Below are positions 24,510 through 37,544 of a stretch of 64,000 bases of DNA, one piece after another. The stretch comes from Macrostomum lignano (lineage: Eukaryota). The stretch spans positions 33,282-97,281 of the forward strand of contig NIVC01003443.1 in NCBI GenBank assembly GCA_002269645.1. Direction: 5' to 3'. The position numbers and the translations under genes were made by a program. Position 1 is the first letter of the stretch. Each line of letters begins with the position of its first letter. A model generated the notes under the pieces. That model saw nothing but the letters and a program-made list of their open reading frames with translations. It was not told the DNA's origin and made no database searches.

Positions 24510-26089
24510 TATAGGATTAGGATTTTAAATACCATTATTTACAAATTTGAAGTTCAGAAGATAAAAAATATACAGGGTATACAAAGTCTTAGCGCTGGCA
24601 TAACAGGCATATTACGGATTCCTATCTGTGCATTTTTGCATTTTTGCATTTTGCAGTGCATTTTGAAACCAAAATATAATATATCAAATATATACAAGCG
24701 GTCCTTGCTGGAGTATGAATACAATTTCCTGTGCTAATCCAGTCCAGATGTCAACTTTAAATGTCCACGGTTATGTACCAGTGAGTTTTGGACTTTCTTT
24801 TATCAACTACATGTATTATGATGTGCATTTGCATATCGAAGTGCTGGGGTGGCATCATGGTCTTAACTGCGATTTTACAATGTACACCCAGCAGCAGAAC
24901 ACCCATGACACAGAAGTTAAGCAACGTCGCTTCATTGATACACAGTGATTGCATTTTAGTGGGCGCTAGCGTCTTGGGCGCTGGCACCAGAGGCGCAAAG
25001 CACCGAACAATTTGAAGCAATCGATGTCGCAGTATTCCACAATATACCTGCAGGCAAAGGTTGAAATTCCTACACAGAAGAAGAGAGTTTGAGGCTGCCA
25101 AGCTTTCGGAGGCTTTGGGTAAGAGACAGACAGGCAGACAGAACCGGGGGACCCCCAAGTCATGTGATTCGGTTCTGCACGCTCACGCGCTCTCCCCGTG
25201 ACTTGGCTCGGCGATACGAGCTCCCTACTGCCTGCCTGTTAGTCATAGTTAGTGATTACGCAATAACTCTCAAGGTCAACCTGTCTGGGCCACCAGTGCC
25301 CACCACACACACACTCTCTCTCTTCTCTAGCTTCGTCCTTTCCTCCGATTGCGAAGTTCTTTCATTATTTTCCATCGCAATAGGGGGGGTCTGACAGTCG
25401 GTTATGCAACAGCTCTCTGCGCACACGTCACAGATGGACAGTCTGGGTAGGAGAGACAGAAAAGGTCATGCCGACCAATGAGATTCGCCTATACGAATAT
25501 GACAAAACGAATGGCCCCAACCTCAGCCTCCTCCGCCCAACTCCAAGCTTATATTCGAGGGCCCCAGGAAGAAAATGGGTCCCTCCAAGCAGAGCCCCCA
25601 CTCGCACCGACCTCTCTTTCTGTGCTTTCCCTGTTCGCGCCCTCTGCCACGGTCTTCTTCTTGTCTGTTTTATTTTCCAAATTCTCGCAGGCGCTTCAAA
25701 TGTCCACGATGGATTGATCAATATGCATTATTGACACGATCGGCACTTTTTAAGCTGACGCATCATCGTGGCCAGATGGAGCACCAGCAGAGAGTTGGAA
25801 TCAGCATCGACTGTCAAATATGCCCTACAGTCTAAGACTTGTCTGTTGTATTTGATACTACGGTATATAACCGGTCGTGTAGACTCGAGGGACCTTCACG
25901 TGTTCACTGCAAGATACGCAGTGCGCTCCTGCCGCTGCCGCCACTGCTGCTGTGTACACGTGAAGCGCCCTAACCGATCTACGATAATCAGCTGCTAATC
26001 CGAATTAGTGTATTTTATTAATCTTACCTATTTTTAATAAGGACTTATTTTAATGCGATTGTGATTTAATGTCTGCAGTTTGCTAGTTA

Positions 26090-26548
26090 GTGCACCAGGT
26101 GGCGCCAGCAAGGGTACCGGAGTGGCGCCAGTAAGGGTACCGAGGGGGCGCCAGTAGGGTACCAGGGGCCCCAGTAAGGCACCAGGTGGCGCCAGTAAGG
26201 GTACCAGGGGTCGCCATTAAAGGCACCAGGGGGCGCCAGTAAGGGTACCAGGGGTCGCCATTAAAGGCACCAGGGGGCGCCAGTAAGGGTACCAGGGGTC
26301 GCCATTAAAGGCACCAGGGGGCGCCAGTAAGGGTACCAGGGGTCGCCATTAAAGGCACCAGGGGGCGCCAGTAAGGGTACCAGGGGTCGCCATTAAAGGC
26401 ACCAGGGGGCCCGAGTAGGGTACCAGGGGTCGCCAATAAAGGCACCAGGGGGCGCCAGTAGGGTACCAGGGGTCGCAATAAAGGCACCAGGGGGCGCCAG
26501 TAGGGTACCAGGGGTCGCAATAAAGGTATCAGGGGGCGCCAGTAAGGG
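26090..26548. repeat. GC-rich minisatellite (about 43-bp composite unit containing GGCGCCA)
   Basis: GGGGGCGCCAGTAAGGGTACCAGGGGTCGCCATTAAAGGCACCA repeats. Confidence 0.9.
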
Positions 26549-26759
26549 CATGGGGGCCGTTTTATTGGCTTGGATGGATTAAGCTGTTACGTTGAATATT
26601 TAGCTTAAAATAAAACATGAAACTCATCGTATCGCTAGTCAAATAAGATATAAAGAAACTTTCTTATAATCCATTCTTGGTTATTATAAGATTTTTTTTT
26701 AAATTAGAGTTCTGAAAAAGAAATCAGTGATCTAAACTAGATAGACAATGTGAATTCAG

Positions 26760-27879
26760 CTATATTCCAACAAAACGATAGGGCAGAGTTGCTCCAGCGA
26801 AGGACATGGCGATAGCGTCGAGCCAAGAACCTCTGGCCACCGAGTTGACGCAGTCACACGAATCGATGTACGAGGAGGCGAAGACCGCCAGCAAAATGAT
26901 GTAGCACAGTACTGGAAATATAATAAACGAAAATATAAGTTCGTGATGTCCTTTTTAGCTACTGTTAGTAGAAATGCATGCAAATCAACGTATAAAGTAA
27001 ATGTAAATTATAAAAACGGTTTTATCACCGGCGATGAGGACGGAGACGCTGGCGCTCAGAATCACTGGGCGACTTCTTGCCGCACCGAGAACGAGAGCTG
27101 CGACATCTGCGGCCGCGGCAACCACCAAAGACAGGCAGGCAATGACAGTCAGGGCAGTCATAGCGTTGAACTTCGTCTCTGGATTTGGGGTGGAATGGGG
27201 TTGGTTCTTGTGAAATTGAGTGGCTAACAGAATTTCAATGGCGTTGTTTTGGTTTAGCAAATTTGTGATGTGAGGAGAGCTGCATGAGTGTCAGGAGAGC
27301 TGCATGAGTGTCAGGAGAGCTGCATGAGTGTCAGGAGAGCTGCATGAGTGTCAGGAGAGCTGCATGAGTGTCAGGAGAGCTGCATGAGTGTCAGGAGAGC
27401 TGCATGAGTGTCAGGAGAGCTGCATGAGTGTCAGGAGAGCTGCATGAGTGTCAGGAGAGCTGCATGAGTGTCAGGAGAGCTGCATGAGTGTCAGGAGAGC
27501 TGCATGAGTGTCAGGAGAGCTGCATGAGTGTCAGGAGAGCCAGATGAGTGTCAGGAGAGCCAGATGAGTGTCAGGAGAGCTTAAATGAGTGTATCCAGGT
27601 TGGCAGAAATATAAAATTTTCTTTATCCCTTTTCACTACTCAGAAAAACAATGTTGAGTAGTAACTTACGGCCGTAAACGTTCTTCATTTCTGAGAATCG
27701 ATCTGTAAAGTTATACAGGATTTTATTGAAAACTAACATTTTGTTTCGATTGACAATTGACAACTGTTATAATTGGAGCACTCACTGGGCCAAATAGTGA
27801 AACAGGGTGACGCAATGCTAAGCAGCAGGGCCAGGAAGGTGAAGAAAGCGATTGACGTTGCTGTTAGGTTGAACTGCAT
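26760..27879 (-). CDS. Small four-pass membrane protein with PMP22/claudin-like topology
   Basis: Exon 1 is 27879-27786 (MQFNLTATSIAFFTFLALLLSIASPCFTIWP). Exon 2 runs from about 27230 or 27185 to 27029 (KFNAMTALTVIACLSLVVAAAADVAALV...SVSVLIA). Exon 3 is 26911-26760 (VLCYIILLAVFASS...GSWLDAIAMSFAGATLPYRFVGI*). Both introns are phase 1, GT-AG. Confidence 0.55.
27271..27590. repeat. 20-bp intronic minisatellite
   Basis: GGAGAGCTGCATGAGTGTCA, about 15 copies, nearly identical. Confidence 0.95.
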
Positions 27880-28153
27880 TTTGGTTTCAGAAAAATAAAT
27901 CCAGTACATCTGTGGCCTGTTTAACTGGATTTTATACTGGGCATTTTCAGACTTTGTTATTACGAAGTTTTGGACAATTCTCAGCAAATAAATCAGTTGA
28001 AATTCCGCATATGTTGGACCGAAATTGTCGGCATAAAAAATGAAGGCAGTGAAGAAGGACTTTTGCTTGATTTGTGCTTTGACAGGAAATTCGCTGTTTG
28101 GCATGAATGACCATTCACTTCAGATGTTTTTTAAAGGAGTTTAGTGCTGCATT

Positions 28154-28710
28154 GTTGGCGCCTCTGTTTTGGCGCCTTTGTTTTGGCGCCTCTGTTTTGG
28201 CGCCTTTGTTTTGGCGTCTCTGTTTTGGCGCCTCTGGTGCTTCATTTTAGCGCCTTTAATGCTTCAGTTTTTGGCGCCTTTTTTGCTTAATTATTGGCGC
28301 CTTTAATGCTTCACTTTTGGCGCCTTTTTTGCTTAATTATTGGCGCCTTTAATGCTTCACTTTTGGCGCCTTTTTTGCTTAATTATTGGCGCCTTTAATG
28401 CTTCACTTTTGGCGCCTTTTTTGTGCTTCATTTTTGGCACCTTTGTTTTGGCGCCTTTGTTTTGGCGCCTTTGTTTTGGCGCCTTTTGTGCTTTATTTTT
28501 AGCGCCTTTTGTGCTTCATTTTTGGCGCCTCTTGTGCTTCATTTTTGGCACCTTTGTTTTGGCGCCTTTGTTTTGGCGCCTTTTGTGCTTTATTTTTAGC
28601 GCCTTTTGTGCTTCATTTTTGGCGCCTCTTGTGCTTCATTTTTAGTGCCTCTGGTGTTTCATTTTTTGCGCCTTTAATGCTTCATTTTTGGCGCCTCTTG
28701 TGCCTCATTT
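28154..28710. repeat. TTTTGGCGCC-core tandem array
   Basis: About 20 copies of TTGGCGCC in variable-length units. Confidence 0.9.
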
Positions 28711-29086
28711 CTTGGCTTTTCATTTTACTTCCGCGCGAGTTCAAAGTATTCCAGATTTTTCATGCTTAAAAAATGAATTCAAAGCCTCCCAGCTTGAAGA
28801 AATCTCCAATTCCGTGTGCCGTTTATTTACTCTATCGATAGACCGAGAGCTCCCAGTAATGCCCAGCCATGCATTAACATTTATAAGTTATGGCCTGTTT
28901 TTGGTCCTCTGATAAAGAGGTTTTTTGATTCAATAATTTTTTTGCCAGTAGGTAACAAATTTATGTAAAAAAGTTAAAATATAAAATTAGCATTTGAAAA
29001 AATTACAAATTACTTCAAGACGTGTAATTTTGCAATTTTTTTAGAAAACAAACTTTGTTATAAAAATAGACTTTTTGTTAAAAATA

Positions 29087-29370
29087 TTAGGCGTAGTTGA
29101 AGGTTAAGCAAAAATATGGGGCAGCCGAGCCACGCTGATTGTTCAGGAGCGGCAGTCGCGGTGCGGCGGTGCGGAGTCCACATCGGAGCAGATGGACGGC
29201 AGGCTCTCGGTCGGCTGCAGCAGGTGGTGCACCGCGGCCTCCCGACGGGCGCTTCCGCCGGCTCGGCCGGTGCCGCCGCTGCAGTCCCAGTTCAGCACCC
29301 GGTTGATGCTGCAGCGGATCCTGTGGTGTCCTCGGTGCCGGCCTGACGAGTTGCAATTGGCGAAGTTCGA

Positions 29371-29406
<36 letters not shown>

Positions 29407-31400
29407 TCGCTTTTTCGATTTCTGACACCTGCGCGATGCCGAGGTTGCGCAATTCGACTTCGCGCCAATTCGTTGGGCCTTTGAGCAGAACTGAACCTGC
29501 GGCTGACAGGAGGTTATCAAAGCGTTCTGCGTCAGGCAGGCCGTTGTCACTGACGCTGCTGCTGCTGCAGCGGACGCTGAGGCGGCGGAAACGGCGGCTA
29601 CGGACTGTTGAAGCAGCACGAGCACCGACTGCACCGGGACCGGGTTGACGCACTGGCACTGACCGGGCGGAATCTCCGCTGCCGGCTTGTGCTGCGACTC
29701 GTTCTTCGGCCCGAATGCAACTGCTGCTTCTTCTGGTCGGCCGCGGCGGCGTGGAAGATCCGGCTCTGCGCCGAGGTCAGGCTGTCGTAGGAGCCGATGC
29801 GGACCATCACGGACTCGGCCGTGGACGAGGTGACGGTCGATGAATCACACAGCGCCGCCTCCTCCGGATCGGCGGCGCTCGGGCCAGTTTGATTGATGAA
29901 CTGCTTCAAATCTGTTTCCTTCGGGCCGTGCGAGTCGTCTTGGCTGCCGGCACCGTCAGTGAGAATTGTGGCCGCCGTGGTTGGGGTCGTCACTTCCCAG
30001 TATTTTTCCGATTCATGCGGCTGCGACGGCATGCTTGTGTGGTTTTTTAGCGTGGCGCCTTTTGCCCGGCTTGTATCCTCTGCTTTCTGCTGCTGCTGCT
30101 GGACTGGGGATTCCACAATCTGATAATTGACCGAGTAAATCTCGTTGAAGGGGTACTGCTGATAAACCACTGCCACTGCCGGCTGGTGCAGCTGCCGGGC
30201 CCTGCAGTCTGAGCGGCCCGTGGCGCTGTTCTGGCTGCTGTCGAACTCGCCGCCGCCTTCGCCGAAGTCCTTCATCCGGTCCCTCTCCGGCGAGCCGTCC
30301 TCGGTCATCTTGTCGCTGTTCGAGTCAGCCAGTTCCAGGCTGCTGTACTCCCGCTTCGCTCGCTCCTCCACCGCCTTCACCGCCGCCTCAGCTTCGGCAG
30401 CGTCGTCAGACTGAGGCGCTCCGCCAGCCCCGGCTGGTTCGCTCCCGCTCTGCTTCACCTGATTTGAGCCGGTCTGCTGCGCCTCCACTGCAGTGCTGTC
30501 CGCGTCTACCTGCTGCCCGGTCTCCAGCTCGATGGCCTGCTCCGACATCCCCCGCTGCTGGCATGGATCATGGCGGTAGAGCAGCTGCTGGGCTGGCTTC
30601 ACCGAGCCGCTGCTCAAATCATCATCATCGTCTTCCTCCTCCTGCTTCGCTTCCTCGGGTTCCGGCGGCAGGGCCGCGTCCTGCGGCTGTTCACTGGCCG
30701 GCTCAGCGTTCTGGCCGTCCTGCGGCCTCTCGCTGGGCGGCTCGGCGTTCTGGCCGCTGTCCTCGTCGCTGTGCGAGTCTACCACTAGCGGCATCGCCGT
30801 ATCCTTCCGGCTGACGGTTCCCTGGCCCGGTTCCTCTTGCAGAACGTTGCGCAGACTTTCGCTGGTCATGGAGACGCCGAGGCCGTGCACGCCGAAGTTG
30901 AAGTAGGAATTGGCCGGGCTGGCCTCGCTGCCCGAAATCGTGGTGGCGTCGCTGTTGGAATCGGCCAGCGAGATGGCCGGTTCGGAGCCCAGTTCCAGCG
31001 GCTCCATCTCCAGCTTCTTGCCCCATGCCGAAGTATCTGGCTCTTGGACGCCGTCTTGACTGCTCGCATCATCGACTGTGGTGAGTTTCGGCCGATCGTC
31101 GCGGTTCGGCTTTGCATCCGAGTTGAGCACGTCGCCTATCAGGGAGTCGTCAGCGCAGCTGCGCAGCTCGCCGGCACCGCAGCTGAACTCGCCAACAGCC
31201 TCGTGCGTCGCGCCGCAGTGGCAGACGACGACCAGCTTGACTCGACGACCGGCGCAGCCCGAGCGGCCGCCGCGGCTCAGGACGATCGGGCAGAACGTGA
31301 ACACTCGGATTCGCTGAGCTGGCGAATTCGGCTCGTTGTTCCTGGCGTGTTGCTGACGGCATTCGACGACAAGGCAGGGCAGCGGTGCCGCCTGCGTCAT
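29087..31400 (-). CDS. Uncharacterised acidic, low-complexity protein; C-terminal frame ambiguous
   Basis: A 600-aa GC-rich ORF (31400-29598) with a Cys-containing N-terminus and S/E/D/Q-rich tracts. Coding-like sequence continues in other frames to about 29100, which suggests a frameshift near 29640. Confidence 0.6.
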
Positions 31401-31857
31401 TGCTGCGGAGGTGCAGTAGGTCGCGGTTCCCTGGTGCTCGAACTCCCGGCTGAATTTGCCTGCCCAGCAGCCGGTTGCGAGATTTTATTTTGAACGTCTC
31501 AATCAAGTCAAAGCAGACTTGCGCGCGCTTTGATGACTTTTTAGCGTTTCAATTTATCAACTTCTCTATTTAACGATTTTAGTCTATGGCTCCGTCCTCT
31601 GCGGCTGCCTAGTTTCTCAGTGGCGTGCTCAAGGGGTCAGCGGAATGGGCACGATCCTGCTCGCCTCCGTCAAATGGGTCTGCATCAGTCTTGTGATTTG
31701 TGGGCCTATGACTGATTTTGGTGTGAACAAAAACCAGTGTGATGGACCTCCGTTCTCTTCACTGCAAACTGCTAAGTTTAAAACTCTTGAGAGAAAATTG
31801 GCACCGGACATTGGATACATAAAATCGATCTTTTCAAGGGGTTCCAACTGCTAGGTA

Positions 31858-32632
31858 CGCGTGACTTTCCATCACCAGCTGGTAGCTGCACCTCACGGGT
31901 GAGTGATTTTCCAACACCAACTGGTAACTGCACCTCACGGGTGAGTGACTTTCCAACACCAGCTGGTAACTGCACCTCACGGGTGAGTGACTTTCCAACA
32001 CCAACTGGTAACTGCACCTCACGGGTGAGTGACTTTCCAACACCAGCTGGTAACAGCACCTCACGGGTGAGTGACTTTCCAACACCAGCTGGTAACTGCA
32101 CCTCACGGGTGAGTGATTTTCCAACAACAACTGGTAACTGCACCTCACGGGTGAGTGACTTTCCAACACCAGCTGGTAACAGCACCTCACGGGTGAGTGA
32201 CTTTCCAACACCAGCTGGTAACAGCACCTCACGGGTGAGTGACTTTCCATCACCAAATGGTAGCTGCACCTCACGGGTGAGTGACTTTCCATCACCAGCT
32301 GGTAACAGCACCTCACGGGTGAGTGACTTTCCAACACCAGCTGGTAACAGCACCTCACGGGTGAGTGACTTTCCATCACCAAATGGTAGCTGCACCTCAC
32401 GGGTGAGTGACTTTCCATCACCAAATGGTAGCTGCACCTCACGGGTGAGTGACTTTCCATCACCAGCTGGTAGCTGCACCTCACGGGTGAGTGACTTTCC
32501 ATCACCAGCTGGTAACTGCACCTCACGGGTGAGTGACTTCCCATCACCAGCTGGTAACAGCATCTCACGGGTGAGTGACTTTCCATCACCAGCTGGTAAC
32601 TGCACCTCACGGGTGAGTGACTTTCCAACTCC
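31858..32632. repeat. 42-bp minisatellite
   Basis: Unit CACCTCACGGGTGAGTGACTTTCCA(T/A)CACCAGCTGGTAACTG, about 18 copies. Confidence 0.95.
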
Positions 32633-33705
32633 AACAATAAACAAAGAGCTGACACCAGAGGATTTGAATGCCTGTAAGCGGAGACAATACCAGCCACTGG
32701 TCTAGATCGACATCAAGAGTCTAACGCAGATTATATCGCTTTATATTTGTCAACAACTAGTCGAGTAAAGTTGAATCACAATAATAACAATGGAACTCCC
32801 AGTAGACAATAATTAGTAATAATTATAAGGACCACAAAAATTTTATATTCGTTTCAACAAGACAGACACGAAAGCAGCGAAGCAAAAACGCGGATTAAAA
32901 AACTTCAGACAAAATTCAAAAAGCGGATTAAAAGGTCGTAATCTGCAAAATAGTAATAAATTAATAATATAATAGAAAGAATTCCGTAAAAACTGGTGCA
33001 ACAATGTTTATGTATTACTAACAGTAGCAGTATATATAATATCAACGATAATAAAATGGGTAAACACGGGTACACAAAATATTCTAAGTAAATGAAATAA
33101 AAATAAACACACTATTCGAAACACGAGCTGCGAGCTGCTTGGACAAAAGACGGGCACACGCGCGAACACAAAATGCCAACAAAAGAAATTCGCATGATTT
33201 TGATTCAATGGCTGGCTTGAGAGACAGCGGCGTGACCAAGGTAGAGAAGCAGATTAGTGAAGAAGTGTCTTAATTGGGTGAATCTTCCGATATGTATCGA
33301 AAATAACTTTCCGAAGGAGAAATAAACCATTGAATTAATTGGAATAGAGGAAGTTGGAGAGGCTTAAAAGATAAATAATACAACACCTGGTTAAAAATGC
33401 CAATTAAACTAAGAGACACAAAAATTTATTAATATTGAAGTATGCATTAGCTAACATATTCTTAGTTCTCACTTTCACAATAATAATTATACATACGGTT
33501 CAAACAACAGCACAGAATAATGGTGGTGGACGTTGAAAAGTTCTCACAACAGGAAATAAAACTGCCAATACAAGCGTAACTAGTTTCATAATTCAGTAAA
33601 TTTTACCAACATCAATAATTGTTTCTTTATGAACTAGCTTCGTTTGAGACAAAAAAGTCGAAAAAAGAACAACTGTCTATCAAGATTTGTCTTTAACATA
33701 TTCAG

Positions 33706-34275
33706 ACTCGCTTAGGAAATTGCAAGAATGGACTCGCTGAATCACTCGCTAAATCCCTCGCTGAATCTCTCGCTAAATGACTCGCTGAATCCACTCGCTA
33801 AATGACTCGCTAAATCACTCTCTAAATGACTCGCTAAATGACTCGCTAAATGACTCGCTGAATCACTATCTAAATGACTCGCTAAATGACTCGCTAAATC
33901 ACTCGCTGAATCACTCCCTAAATGACTCGCTGAATCACTCGCTAAATGACTCGCTGAATCTCTCGCTAAATGACTCGCTGAATCTCCCGCTAAATGACTC
34001 GCTAAATCACTCCCTAAATGACTCGCTGAATCACTCGCTAAATGACTCGCTGAATCACTCGCTAAATGACTCGCTGAATCACTCGCTAGATGACTCGCTG
34101 AATCACTCGCTAAATGACTCGCTGAATCACTCGCTAAATGACTCGCTGAATCACTCGCTAAATGACTCGCTAAACGACTCGCTAAATCACTCGCTGAATC
34201 ACTCCCTAAATGACTGGCTAAATCACACGCAAAATCGCTCGCTAAATCCCTGTCTAGATCACTCGCTAAATCCCT
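33706..34275. repeat. 12-bp (24-bp dimer) minisatellite
   Basis: TCACTCGCTAAATGACTCGCTGAA repeats. Confidence 0.93.
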
Positions 34276-34444
34276 CTCTTTAAAAGAACTCATTAAAATG
34301 CTGGATAAAACTTGCTTATTGAATGCCCTTAAAAATCATATAAAACTCGCTTAAAAGTTTCTTTTAAACTTGTAATAAGATTTCTGTGAATTGCAGAGCT
34401 TCTCTTATAATCAAATCGCAGCTATCTTCCCTCTCCGCCGATCC

Positions 34445-37400
34445 TCAGCCAGTCTTCTCCTCATCCGTGGGCTGCTGCAGGTTCATCTCTTCGTCCGGTT
34501 CGGCCGGCGGCTCCACCCGCTGGTACTCGGCGCGGCGAACAATGTACACCACCAGGATGCAGAAGATGCCAAGGACAAAGCCCAGAGTGTTGCTCAGCTT
34601 CTCCCAAGCCGGCAGTTTCGAAGCGTCGCTGTTGGGATTAAAAGGATAAAAATCACAAATCGGATTAGACAGCCAAAAGGAATTTGAATCATTGGGATAA
34701 ATATCCCAAACCAACCAGAGATCCCGCTAGTGCGGATCAATGGGATCAATGGGATAAATATCCCAAACCAACCAGACAACCCGCTAGTGAGGATCAATGG
34801 TAAAAATAGCCCAAACCAACCAGACAACCCACTAGTGAGGATCAATGGGATCAATGGGATCAATGGGATAAATATCCCAAACCAATCAGACAAACCGCTA
34901 GTGAGGATCAATGGAAAAAATATCCCAAACCAACCAGACAAACCGCTAGTGAGGATCAATGGGATCAATGGGATAAATATCCCAAACCAATCAGACAACC
35001 CACTAGTGCGGATCAATGGGATCAATGGGATAAATATCCCAAACCAACCAGAGAAACCGCTAGTGCGGATCAATGGGATAAATATCCCAAACCAACCAGA
35101 CAACCCGCTAGTGAGGATCAATGGGATCAATGGGATCAATGGGATAAATATCCCAAACCAACCAGACAACCCACTAGTGAGGATCAATGGGATCAATGGG
35201 ATCAATGGGATAAATATCTCAAACCAACCAGACAACCCACTAGTGAGGATCAATGGGATCAATGGGATCAATGGGATAAATATCCCAAACCAACTAGACA
35301 ACCCGCTAGTGAGGATCAATGGGATAAATATCCCGAACCAACTAGACAACCCGCTAGTGAGGATCAATAGGATAAATATCCCACGAAAAAGAATGCAAGG
35401 AAAATGATCCCAACTCACTCGTGGAACGCGTTCTTCTCAGTGATGCCGGTGATGGCGGTGACGGTGGTCATGCAGAACAGGATGACGCCCCAGTGCTGGT
35501 GAATAGGCAGGTACATCTTGCGGTAGCTCTGCGGAGTCTGCGGCAGCAGGAAGTGGATCAAGCCGCCGACCCACTGCAGGCAGAACAGCAGGACGCAGGT
35601 GAGGCCCAGCCAGGAGTGCAGACTCCACATGTTCGGCTTGGGGGGCTTGCTCAGGTTATGCGAGTCGAAGACGGCCTTCAGGCCAACGATGGCAAAAATG
35701 AGGGCCAAGATGTGCAACGAGGCGTGGATGACCTTGACGCGGAACTTCTTGACGCTGCGGAACACGCGGTAGACTAGGATTCCTGCGGGGATGGAGTGCC
35801 ATGGGGATCATTGGGGATGAGTGCCATGGGGATCATTGGGGATGGAGTGCCATGGGGATTATTGGGGATGGAGTGCCATGGTGATCATTGGGGATGAGTG
35901 CCATGGGGATTATTGGAGATGGAGTGCCATGGTGATCATTGGGGATTGAGTGCCATGGGGATCATTGGGGATGGAGTGCCATGGTGATCATTGGGGATGG
36001 ATAGAGTGCCATGGGGATTAGTTGGGATGGAGTGCCATGGTGATCATTGGGGATGGAGTGCCATGGGGATTATTGGGGATGGAGTGCCATGGTGATCATT
36101 GGGGATGAGTGCCATGGGGATTATTGGAGATGGAGTGCCATGGTGATCATTGGGGATTGAGTGCCATGGGGATCATTGGGGATGGAGTGCCATGGTGATC
36201 ATTGGGGATGGATAGAGGCCATGGGGATCATTGGGGATGGAGTGCCATGGGGATCATTGGGGATGGATAGAGGCCATGGGGATCATTGGGGATGGAGTGC
36301 CATGGGGATCATTGGGGATGGATTCCAGAAATGCAGAGGTCCCCAGCTCCCCGCCAAGTCCCCAAGCCTCACCGTCAGCATAGAGAAACACCAGCCCGAT
36401 CACCATGAACAACGGGTGGAAGTTGAAAACTCTCTCGGGCACCCAGCTGAAGCCGCCGTGGTAGACGGACATCCACACCGCAGTGAGGATCACGGCTAGA
36501 AGGCCGACCGCCTGAGGAAAATGTTGGATGGGAGATTTGAGGTGATGCTTTGCTGCCGTAGTGCTTCCGGCTGGTTGACTGAGATTGGGATATTTCTGGG
36601 ACTGCAGATGAGGAATGTGAAATTTCATGAGCTGGTTTAGTGGTGTGGGATCTGAGATGGTATGGGATTTGATATTGTATGGGATCTGATATGGTATGGG
36701 ATCTGATATGGTGTTGGATCTGATATGGTGTGGGATCTGATATGGTGTGGGATCTGATATGGTGTAGGATCTGATATGGTGTGGGATCTGATATGGTGTG
36801 GGATCTGATATGGTGTGGGATCTGATATGGTGTGGGATCTGATTTGGTGTAGGATCTGATATGCTATGGGATCTCTGATATGGTGTGGGATCTGATATGC
36901 TATGGGATCTGATATGGTGTGGGATCTGATATGCTATGGGATCTAATATGGTGTGGGATCTGATATGGTGTAGGATCTGATATGCTATGGGATCTGATAT
37001 GGTGTGGGATCTGATATGCTATGGGATCTGATATGGTGTGGGATCTGATATGGGATCTGATATGGTGTGGGATCTGATATGGTGTGGGATCTGATATGGT
37101 GTAGGATCTGATATGGTGTGGGATCTCTGATATGGTGTGGGATCTGATATGGTGTGGGATTGAGGCAGAAGCTGGCTTGGGATCTGGTTTTGGGATTGAG
37201 GCAGAAGCTGGCTTGGGATCTGGCTAAGGAACTGATAATTAAAGACGGATCAGGAAGGGGGAGTGAGAGGCAGCCGTCTCACTGGAGACTGTAACCTCAT
37301 TTCACGCTGTGCTGCCGGTGCTTCAAAAAAGCAATCTAAGCTGGTTGATTTTTCAAGCTTAACCGAAAAAATCAAATCACTTTATAATCCAAAAAAGCAC

Positions 37401-37544
37401 AAAAATTTGCATTCAAAACAGAAGTTCAATGCTTCACATTACCTGAGCAATCAGCACCCAGATGGTGAACATCTTCATCGATGGCTCTCCGGTGTTGCTG
37501 CTACCGCCAGAGGCGCCCGGGTGGTCAAGATTCTCGTAGGGCAT
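34445..37544 (-). CDS. Cytochrome b561 family (transmembrane ascorbate-dependent reductase)
   Basis: Four exons: 37544-37443, 36511-36373, 35782-35419 and 34628-34445. Motifs are FNFHPLFMVIG, KVIHASLH, VFDSHN, SLHSWLG and YLPIHQHWG (the heme-ligand His residues). Confidence 0.93.
34690..35385. repeat. Minisatellite filling cytochrome b561 intron 3
   Basis: GGGATAAATATCCCAAACCAACCAGACAACCCGCTAGTGAGGATCAAT with variable numbers of GGGATCAAT subunits. Confidence 0.93.
35788..36322. repeat. Minisatellite filling cytochrome b561 intron 2
   Basis: GATGGAGTGCCATGGGGATCATTGGG, about 26-bp unit. Confidence 0.93.
36640..37165. repeat. Minisatellite in cytochrome b561 intron 1
   Basis: TGGGATCTGATATGGTG, 17-bp unit. 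Confidence 0.93.
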
